From NCBI GenBank assembly GCA_034667725.1, contig JAXDQS010000001.1, positions 109,593-173,592 on the forward strand: a DNA stretch of 64,000 bases, read 5' to 3'. Each line of letters starts with the position of its first letter. Position 1 is the first letter of the stretch. Made by a program: the position numbers and the translations under genes. Below, piece after piece: positions 55,085 to 64,000 of this stretch. The DNA is from Thermoplasmata archaeon. GTDB lineage: Archaea > Thermoplasmatota > E2 > JACPAO01 > JAHFTW01. The notes beneath the pieces were generated by a model that was given only the letters and a program-made list of their open reading frames with translations, was not told where the DNA came from and did no database searches.

Positions 55085-56320
55085 TCACAAGCACCGTTCG
55101 AGGATGTCCAACCCCCCGTCCGCCGTCTCCTGGTCGATGGTGAGCGCGGGGAACATCTGCAGCACGTCGTCGTCGGCCTTGACGAGCAGGCCCTCCTCGC
55201 GGCAGGTCTCCTCGATGCGCTTGGCGTGCTTGCGGTCCGCCAGCTGGACGCCGATCGCCAGGCCCTTCACGCGAACCTTGGAGCCGTCGCCGAAGTCCAT
55301 GGCGTCGAGGCGGCCGCGGAACTGGGCGCTGCGGCGGTCGACGTTGCGTAGGAGGGCGGCCTTGTGCTTCTGGATGTAGCGCAAGTTTGCCAACGCGGCC
55401 TCGACGGCAAGCGGGTGCCAGCCGAAGGTCGAGTAGACGTGCAGGTCCTCGCCGGCGCGGTCGGCGACCTCTTGCGTGAGGAGGGTGGCGGCCAACGGCG
55501 CGTGCCCGCCCGTGATGGCCTTGCCCAAGGTCAGGATGTCGGGCGCGACGTCGAAGTGCTCGGTGGCGAACAGCTTGCCCGTGCGCCCGATGCCGCAGGC
55601 GACCTCGTCGAGGACCAGCAGGGTGCCATATTTGTCGCACAGCTCGCGCAGGCCGGTCATGAAGCGCTCCGACGGCACCAGCGCGCCGAGGTTGCAGATC
55701 ACGGGCTCCATCAGGAAGGCGGCGACGTCGCGGCCTTTGAGGGCGGTCTCGACGCGAGCCAGCGCCTGGGCGTCCAGGGGCGGCTTGACGGTGCGGCCGG
55801 CGCGCAGCGTGCGCCCGAACGGCGTCTTGCCGGTGGCGAGCTGGATGCCGAGCGAGTTGCCGTGGTAGGCCTCCTCGATGGTGACGAACTTGTGGCGGCC
55901 GGTCGCCGCCATCGCGGCCTGGAGGGCGATCTCGACGGCCTCGCTGCCGCCGACGGCGCGGACGCATTTGGTGAGGCGTCCCGGCGCCAGGTCGGACAGC
56001 AGGCCGGCCAGCTCGGACCAGGGGCCGTACTGGAAGGCGGGCGGGACGTAGTCGGGGCCTTCGAACGCATGGAGCCGGTCGCGAATCTCCTGCTGCGCCC
56101 AGCCGAGGTTGCCGACGCACCAGCCCATGACGAAGTCGATGTAGGTGCGGCCGCGCGCGTCGCGCACGAGGGAGCCGGAGGCGGCGGTGACGCGCAGGTC
56201 GACGGGGGGATGGGCGCGCTGGAGGTGGGCGCGGTCGAGGCGCTCGAGGGTCCGGGGCACGGGCGTGGCGTGGGGGCGCCGGCCGCGGGCGGCAGGCTTG
56301 TGGACTTGGCGCGTCGGCAT
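55085..56320 (-). CDS. Class-III PLP-dependent aminotransferase (acetylornithine/GABA aminotransferase family)
   Basis: GSEAVE, LVLDEVACGIGRTGKLFATE..., the TLGKAITGG Lys motif, and YIDFVMGWCVGNLGW at the N-terminus. Confidence 0.8.
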   Translation of the reverse strand: MPTRQVHKPAARGRRPHATPVPRTLERLDRAHLQRAHPPVDLRVTAASGSLVRDARGRTYIDFVMGWCVGNLGWAQQEIRDRLHAFEGPDYVPPAFQYGPWSELAGLLSDLAPGRLTKCVRAVGGSEAVEIALQAAMAATGRHKFVTIEEAYHGNSLGIQLATGKTPFGRTLRAGRTVKPPLDAQALARVETALKGRDVAAFLMEPVICNLGALVPSERFMTGLRELCDKYGTLLVLDEVACGIGRTGKLFATEHFDVAPDILTLGKAITGGHAPLAATLLTQEVADRAGEDLHVYSTFGWHPLAVEAALANLRYIQKHKAALLRNVDRRSAQFRGRLDAMDFGDGSKVRVKGLAIGVQLADRKHAKRIEETCREEGLLVKADDDVLQMFPALTIDQETADGGLDILERCL

Positions 56321-56374
56321 GCCGGCTTCGATGGGCGTGCGGGGCTAAGGGGTTGGGCTGGCGGCAGGGGCCGG

Positions 56375-56797
56375 CTAGACGAATGGGCACATGCGGTGCT
56401 CGCGGTGGCTGCGGACGTGCAGCAAGGCCAGGCCGAGGGTGTGCAGCGCCCAGATGGCGAACAGGCTGCCCCAGAAGACGGTGCCGCCGACCTCGGTGTC
56501 GATGCCTTTGGAGGCCAGGTAGAGGAGGCCGACGAGGACGATGATGGCGGCGACCCGGCTCCAGAAGCCGCGCCGGTCGGGGGCGATCTGGTGGCGGCGG
56601 ACGCCGATGGCGACGACGAACACGCCGCCGACGTGGACGGCGACGAGGGCCCAGAGGTACACGGTGGCGGCCAGTTCGTCCTGCCAGAGCAGGATGGGGA
56701 CGAGGGCGATGGTGGTGGCGGCGAGGAGGGCGGTCTTCCACCAGAAGGTGCGGCGGTCGCTGAAGACCATCCGCGGGGCTGGGGCCGCCGGCTCCAT
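56375..56797 (-). CDS. Small 4-TM membrane protein, first gene of the aminotransferase-kinase operon
   Basis: The hydrophobic C-terminal portion of ORF 56375..56998 from Met MEPAAPAP (alternative MVFSDRR at 56770). Confidence 0.45.
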   Translation of the reverse strand: MEPAAPAPRMVFSDRRTFWWKTALLAATTIALVPILLWQDELAATVYLWALVAVHVGGVFVVAIGVRRHQIAPDRRGFWSRVAAIIVLVGLLYLASKGIDTEVGGTVFWGSLFAIWALHTLGLALLHVRSHREHRMCPFV

Positions 56798-57021
56798 GGG
56801 CTGCGCGGTGGGGCCGTCGCTATTTGGGGGCTTGCGCTTCGGTGGTTGACATGTTCGCCTGCGTGGCCCTGCTTGCCTCCACCCGAAGGGGCAAGCCTCG
56901 GCCCGTCCAACAGCAGCCCTCAGGAACCGCGCGCCGCCAGGAAGGACGGGCCTCCATGACGCAAAGGCCACCCTTATACCGCGGCGCCCGATTCCCATTT
57001 AGGGGATAGGTCGGTCTTCTT

Positions 57022-57045
57022 TTTATAGAAGTGCCGACCCATGCC
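57022..57045 (+). promoter_or_regulatory. TATA box plus conserved downstream box, TTTATAGAAGTGCCGACCCATGCC, upstream of cdc48
   Basis: Near-identical (21/23 with one indel) to the psmB promoter element at 21583..21605. The TATA lies 34-41 nt upstream of the cdc48 ATG. Confidence 0.6.
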
Positions 57046-57062
57046 TGCCCTGGAGATTCTCG

Positions 57063-59279
<2,217 letters not shown>

Positions 59280-59295
59280 GCCGGGCTGCGCCTCG

Positions 59296-60066
59296 TCAGC
59301 GCCGCCCCGGCTCCAGGTACTGCCTGCCCGCCTCGCGCATCTCCGCGATCAGCGCCTTCGCCCGCGCTTCCGGGCCCGTGGCGCGAATCACGATGCGGCC
59401 GCGGTCCGGGTAGCTGCCCAGCGTCACGTCCGGGTAGGCCTTCTCCAGCCGCGCCAGGACGCCGTAGAACCGCGACTCCTCGGTGTGCAGCACCAGCTCC
59501 TCGCTGTGGATCGGCGTCCCGGCGGCAAGCCGCGGGCGCACCGACTCGTCGAACATGCGGTAGAACTCGGCGGGCACGCCGGGCAGCGTGAACAGCGTCG
59601 TCGGCTTCGGACCCGCTGTCACGATGGCGCCCAAGGCGGTGCCGACGGCGTTGGGCATCGGGATGGCCCCCTCGGGAAGCTTGGCCATCTTCAGCAGGCC
59701 TTCGTTGGGTTCTGGCGACTCGAAGTAGCCGAGGCGGTGGCCGAAGCGGGCGCGCTCGCGCATCCACGCCAGGTTCTCGGGCGTCGTGACGAGCGGCTTG
59801 CCGATCGCCTGCGCGATGCCTGCCATGGTGCGGTCGTCGGGGGTCGGGCCGAGGCCGCCGGAGGTGACGACGTAGTCCAGGTCCAGGTCGAAGACGAAGC
59901 GGCGCACCGACGCGACGATGTCCGGCAGGTCGTCGCTGCACACCTCGACGCGGCGGAGCGCGATGCCCATCGGCTTGACCTGCTTGGCCAGCCAGTGCGA
60001 GTTGGATTCGTGGACGTGGCCGCCCAGCACCTCGTCGGCCACGACCAGGACGCCGATGCGCTTCAC
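59296..60066 (-). CDS. CinA-like / MoCF-biosynthesis (MoaB/MogA-fold) domain protein
   Basis: IGVLVVADEVL...VVTSGGLGPTPDD motif of the molybdopterin-binding fold. Confidence 0.7.
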   Translation of the reverse strand: MKRIGVLVVADEVLGGHVHESNSHWLAKQVKPMGIALRRVEVCSDDLPDIVASVRRFVFDLDLDYVVTSGGLGPTPDDRTMAGIAQAIGKPLVTTPENLAWMRERARFGHRLGYFESPEPNEGLLKMAKLPEGAIPMPNAVGTALGAIVTAGPKPTTLFTLPGVPAEFYRMFDESVRPRLAAGTPIHSEELVLHTEESRFYGVLARLEKAYPDVTLGSYPDRGRIVIRATGPEARAKALIAEMREAGRQYLEPGRR

Positions 60067-60073
60067 GGGCCCG

Positions 60074-60967
60074 TCATCGGGTCGTCGTCTTGAAGGCTGG
60101 CGGTCGGCGCAGGTCGGGGATCGGGATGGGCGGGTTCAGCCGGAAGCGGGCGTCCCACGCGGCGCGCGGCCAGTAGAGGGTCGCCCGCAGCAAGAGGAGG
60201 CCGCCGGCCATCGCCACCGCGGGGCCCAGGACGGGGCCGCCGCGGTCGACGTTGGAGGCGAAGGCGTACATCGCGACGCCAATCACTCCGGCACCGAGGA
60301 AGACCAGGCCCCAATAGGGGACCGTGCGCCACGACGAGCCAGAGAGCAGGGCCGCAAGCAGCGCGAGGTCGGCCGTCGAGAGGACCACCTGGACGGCCAG
60401 CGGCTCGGTGCCTCCAAGCCTTTGGCCCGCGAGCATGACGAGGGGGATGGCCGTGATGGCGGCGACGATGCGCACCGGCGGCGGCAGCCGGAGCGCCGGC
60501 AGCGCCGCCACGAACAGCAGCGAGACGATGAAGCTCAACGGCTCGTGCTTGACGTCCAAGGTGAAGTAGAGCATCCCCATGGCAAGGCTGGCGGACAGGA
60601 AGACCGGACTGCGCTTGCCGCTCACGGTCGCAAGGCCGAGCAGCAACCCCGTGATGACCAAGGGGGCCCATGGGGTGACGCGGTGCGGCTCTTGGTCCGT
60701 TGCCTCGTCCAAGGCGACGTCGGCCCCCATCAGCAGGGCGGCAAGGACGATGGCCATGCAGAGGCCCAGCAGGGGCAGCCGCAGCTCGCGCAGGTCGGGC
60801 CGGCCGAAGGGGAACAGGTTGAACGTCCACAAGTGCGCCTCGGGAACGGGCGCGGCGGCGGCCGGTGGCGGAGGGGCCTCCGCTTCAAGGATGGCGTCCC
60901 TCTGCTCGGGGGAGATGAGCCCCTTCTCGACCCATTCCTCCAGTTGTCGCGTCTTGCCCGCCCGCAT
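60074..60967 (-). CDS. Polytopic membrane protein, DUF2157-like (paralog of 62618..63586)
   Basis: N-terminal cytoplasmic helix LEEWVEKGLISPEQRDAILEA, then 7-8 TM helices. Confidence 0.5.
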   Translation of the reverse strand: MRAGKTRQLEEWVEKGLISPEQRDAILEAEAPPPPAAAAPVPEAHLWTFNLFPFGRPDLRELRLPLLGLCMAIVLAALLMGADVALDEATDQEPHRVTPWAPLVITGLLLGLATVSGKRSPVFLSASLAMGMLYFTLDVKHEPLSFIVSLLFVAALPALRLPPPVRIVAAITAIPLVMLAGQRLGGTEPLAVQVVLSTADLALLAALLSGSSWRTVPYWGLVFLGAGVIGVAMYAFASNVDRGGPVLGPAVAMAGGLLLLRATLYWPRAAWDARFRLNPPIPIPDLRRPPAFKTTTR

Positions 60968-61024
60968 GGCACGGCCACGAGCCCGGCAAAGGTTTGGCCC
61001 TTCTGGCGTGTTTGTTTGACTTGA

Positions 61025-61531
61025 CTACTCAAAACCCAGCGCCTGCTCCTCGACGGCGACCCGGCGGCGCACGGCCACCAGGTTCAGCAGCGGCACGGCG
61101 ACGGCGGCGGCCCACAACCCGAACGCGGCCGCGAAGCCCAGAAGCTCGAACGTGACGCCGAGGTAGATCGGGTGCCGCAGGTGGCAGTATGGCCCCTTGG
61201 CCACCAGCGGCGCCTCCGGCAGCACCCAGACCCGCGTGCTCCAGCGGCCGCCCAAAGCCAGCATCGACCAGTAGCGCAACGCGGCGCCCGCCACGAAGAA
61301 CCCGATGCCCACGGGCGTCCACCAGCCGAGGGCCGCGCCCCGGACGGCGTCCTCCGCCGCGCAGGCCGCGAAGAACAGCACATGCACCGCGACGATGCCG
61401 AGCATCCCGTCGGGCCGCACCGGCCGCGCGCCTTGCGCCGCCAAGCCCTTCGCCGTGTGCCTGGCATAAGCCAGCTCGGCCAGGCGCTGCACGCCGACGA
61501 CCACGAGCGCCCCCGCCAACAACGGCATCAT
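61025..61531 (-). CDS. ICMT/PEMT-family membrane methyltransferase (BpsB/YpbQ-like)
   Basis: 168 aa. Multiple TM. C-terminal GPYCHLRHPIYLG...E motif of the isoprenylcysteine carboxyl methyltransferase family. The start ATG overlaps the PKS stop (ATGA 61528-61531). Confidence 0.7.
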   Translation of the reverse strand: MMPLLAGALVVVGVQRLAELAYARHTAKGLAAQGARPVRPDGMLGIVAVHVLFFAACAAEDAVRGAALGWWTPVGIGFFVAGAALRYWSMLALGGRWSTRVWVLPEAPLVAKGPYCHLRHPIYLGVTFELLGFAAAFGLWAAAVAVPLLNLVAVRRRVAVEEQALGFE

Positions 61532-62583
61532 GCGACCACCAACGCCAGCTCGCTTGCAAAGCCAGGCCCCAGGGCGGCCAGGAGCGCCGTGGACCCGGCC
61601 GCCGGGCGGCTGCGCTGCCACGCCTGCAACGCGAACAGCACCGTCGGGCTCGACATGTTGCCGTGCGCCCGCAGCACCTCCTCGCTCCACGCCAGGTCCG
61701 CAGACGACAGGCCCAAGGCGTCGCGGTAGGCCTCCAGCACCTTGGCGCCGCCCGGATGCAGCACCCAGGCGTCGACGCGGCGGCCTGCCACGAACGGCCG
61801 CACCAGATTCGCCATCTCGGCGCGCACGATGTCCGGGATGCGCGGCGACAGCACCACGTCCAGGTTGCCGTCCTCGACGTCCCAGCCCATGACGCGCTCG
61901 GTGCCGGGGAACAGGTGCGACGCGCCCGCCTCGTGGCGCGCGCCGATGCCCTGCCCGGACACCACGACCGCCGCGCAGCCGTCGCCGAACAGGCTCGCCG
62001 CGACCACCGCCTTCTTGTCGCCGCCCTGGCCGGCGGCCATGGCGCGCGGGGCGTCGAACGACAGGCTGCACAGCTCGAGCGCGACCGCGAGCACGTGCAG
62101 CCCGGGCCGCGCGCGCACCAGGTCGGCCGCCCGGTTGAGGGCCGCGACCCCGCCGGCGCAGCCGAGGCCCCAGACCGGCACCCGGAGCGTGTCCGGGCGG
62201 AGGCCAAGGCGGCCGGCGAGGCGGGCGTCGAGGCTCGGGGTCGCAAGGCCGGTGGTGGAGACGAACAGCACCGCGCCGATGTCCTGGGGCGCAAGGCCGG
62301 CGGTGGCGATGGCCTCGCGGGCGGCGGCCTCGACGAGGGGCAGGCCGGCGTCGACGTAGGCGGCGTTGCGGTCGCGGAAGCCGTGCGGCGCGAGATACCA
62401 CTCGATCGGCATCGCGAGCGCGCGGGCGGCCACGCTCGGGTGGTCGAACAGCTCGAGCGCGTTGCGTTTGGCGGCGCCCTCCGGCATCATGGCGGCCGCG
62501 ACCTCGCGCAGCTCCGCCTGCCGCAGCCGATGGGGCGGCGTCGTGGTGGCGACCGGATGCACGACGGCCAAGGATGGCCACAT
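61528..62583 (-). CDS. Type III polyketide synthase (chalcone/stilbene synthase family)
   Basis: Catalytic Cys in VWGLGCAGG. GFGPG replaced by LGPGF. H in VLHPGGAKV and N in HGNMSS. ~350 aa. Confidence 0.8.
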   Translation of the reverse strand: MWPSLAVVHPVATTTPPHRLRQAELREVAAAMMPEGAAKRNALELFDHPSVAARALAMPIEWYLAPHGFRDRNAAYVDAGLPLVEAAAREAIATAGLAPQDIGAVLFVSTTGLATPSLDARLAGRLGLRPDTLRVPVWGLGCAGGVAALNRAADLVRARPGLHVLAVALELCSLSFDAPRAMAAGQGGDKKAVVAASLFGDGCAAVVVSGQGIGARHEAGASHLFPGTERVMGWDVEDGNLDVVLSPRIPDIVRAEMANLVRPFVAGRRVDAWVLHPGGAKVLEAYRDALGLSSADLAWSEEVLRAHGNMSSPTVLFALQAWQRSRPAAGSTALLAALGPGFASELALVVA

Positions 62584-62617
62584 CGGCTCCAGCCTGAAGG
62601 GGTTTGTGCCGCGGGGG

Positions 62618-63586
62618 TCAGGTGCCGGGGTCGGCCCAGCGGCGGCGCAGCACGGTCGCGAGCGCCAGGACGGCGGCGGCCACGGCGAGGATCACCAGGA
62701 TGCCGAAGACCAGCCCGCCCACGTCGAAGGCGAACACGATGGCGTCGATGGCGAGCACGGTGGCGGCGCCGACCAGGAGGTTCGGGTCGCGGATGCGCAG
62801 GGCGAGCGCCAGGAGGGCGGCGGCGGGGAGGGCCACCGCCAGCTCCGGGGCGCCGTGGTCGTCCAGGTCCAGCACCTCGGCCGTGAAGACCGCGACGGGG
62901 GCGGCCACCAGCACCGCGGCCAGGCCAAGCGCCGGCGAGACCCATTCCTGCTTGAAGCCGACCCGAAGGAACGCCAAGGCGGCGAGGTGGACGGCGGCGA
63001 TGGCCAGCCAGGCCATGATGCCCGCGTCGCCGGGGCCAAAGAACTGGTCCTGGCCGAACAGGCGCAGGCTGACCACGAACGCGGCGGCTTGGAGCGCCAG
63101 CGTGGCGAAGAACGCGGCCATGGTCGTGCGGCGCGTGAACGAGACCGCGGCGGCCACGGCGACCGACACGACCGAGAACCATTGGCCGAGCGCCTCGTCC
63201 GGCAACGGCGCGAACGTCAGGCAGACGAGGGCCGCGACCAGCAAGGCGTCGGCGAGGTCCTGGTTGCGCGACAGGAACCAGAGCGCGACGCCGCCGGCCA
63301 GCAGGCCCAGCCCAAGCGCGAACAAGATGGACCCCTGCTCCGCGCGGTGGTCCCCGGCCACCTGGTCGAACAGCAGCACCACGAGGGCGATGGCCGCGGC
63401 GCCCAGCAGCACGCCGCCCAGCCCATGCAGGATGGTGGGCAGCGCCGCCCGCCGCCCCGACGGCTCTTGGGCAAGTGCTGGGGCCAGCTCCGCCTCGATG
63501 CGCGCGACGGAAGGTCCTGGAATCCAGCCTTTGGCGGCCCAACGGCGGACATGCGCCAGGAGCTTGCGGGCCTCGTCGCCGTCCAT
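62618..63586 (-). CDS. Polytopic membrane protein, DUF2157-like (paralog of 60074..60967). Start taken at the internal Met.
   Basis: N-terminal helix ARKLLAHVRRWAAKGWIPGPSVARIEAELA, then about 8 TM helices. The ORF extends to 63718 but the paralog alignment supports 63586. Confidence 0.5.
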   Translation of the reverse strand: MDGDEARKLLAHVRRWAAKGWIPGPSVARIEAELAPALAQEPSGRRAALPTILHGLGGVLLGAAAIALVVLLFDQVAGDHRAEQGSILFALGLGLLAGGVALWFLSRNQDLADALLVAALVCLTFAPLPDEALGQWFSVVSVAVAAAVSFTRRTTMAAFFATLALQAAAFVVSLRLFGQDQFFGPGDAGIMAWLAIAAVHLAALAFLRVGFKQEWVSPALGLAAVLVAAPVAVFTAEVLDLDDHGAPELAVALPAAALLALALRIRDPNLLVGAATVLAIDAIVFAFDVGGLVFGILVILAVAAAVLALATVLRRRWADPGT

Positions 63587-63677
63587 GCCGGACCAGCCGT
63601 TCGCCGGCCGATAACCATGCCGGAATCCCTTCCAAGGGGGAGCGGCATGGACGGGCGTGGCCGTCACCGTGGCGCCC

Positions 63678-64000
63678 ATGGCGGGCGAGGACGTCGAGTC
63701 CATCCGCTTCCTGCTCACCGGCTACGTCAAGGAGTTCGCCGCCGCCCTCGGCGCCCAGGACTTCGCCGCCGAGATGCTGGAGCTGCCCGAGCGCTACGCC
63801 CCGCCCGAGGGCCGGATGTTCGTCGTCCGCTGGGAAGGCATCGTCGTCGGCTGCGCGGCCTGGAAGCGGTTCGACGGGACCCGCTGCGAACTGAAGCGCA
63901 TGGTGGTCGCCCCGGAGGCGCGCGGCGTCGGCGCCGGCCGGGCGCTCGCGGTCGCCGCGATGCAGGACGCCGCCAGCCACGGCATGACCGAGATGCTGCT
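63678..64000 (+). CDS. GNAT-family N-acetyltransferase (partial, runs off the window end)
   Basis: ...RCELKRMVVAPEARGVGAGRALAVAAMQDA matches the acetyl-CoA-binding motif A (R/Q-x-x-G-x-G/A) of GNAT. Confidence 0.6.
   Translation, partial: MAGEDVESIRFLLTGYVKEFAAALGAQDFAAEMLELPERYAPPEGRMFVVRWEGIVVGCAAWKRFDGTRCELKRMVVAPEARGVGAGRALAVAAMQDAASHGMTEML

Overview
This is a high-GC (~68-70%) archaeal chromosomal segment that mixes core information-processing genes with several accessory islands. It is densely coded on both strands. Many long ORFs in the six-frame track are antisense artefacts of the GC content.

Core genes recognised:
- pdxS (partial), a P5C/aldehyde dehydrogenase, crcB, RFC large subunit, a NUDIX hydrolase and threonine aldolase.
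- msrA, archaeal alanyl-tRNA synthetase, a DHH/RecJ-like nuclease.
- A proteasome beta plus divergent alpha-like operon, an FAD oxidoreductase, rpl15e.
- EF-1alpha and rps10, rtcB, nucS, a cystathionine gamma-synthase-like enzyme.
- An orc1/cdc6-pcm-polB cluster, tRNA-Ile(GAT) and tRNA-Ala(CGC), two histidine kinases, cdc48.

Accessory content and candidate novel systems:
- Three adjacent paralogous secreted proteins that combine FG-GAP propellers with tandem expansin-C/CBM63-like modules joined by poly-Pro linkers.
- An archaeosortase (exosortase-family) gene next to a small secreted protein ending in VPFFPS-TM-RGRLRK.
- A translationally coupled type III PKS plus ICMT-like methyltransferase pair, flanked by two paralogous membrane proteins.
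- A ~24-nt box (TTTATAGAAG[C/T]GCC[A/G]ACC(C)ATGCC) that sits upstream of both the proteasome operon and cdc48.

Smaller observations:
- A 34-aa Lys-rich ORF absent from the ORF track.
- A DUF1330 gene broken by a 1-nt frameshift.
- A low-GC membrane-protein gene with an AT-rich divergent promoter.
- Four 30-34-nt polypyrimidine tracts, and several strong palindromes or hairpins between genes.
- Four ATGA start/stop overlaps (translational coupling).
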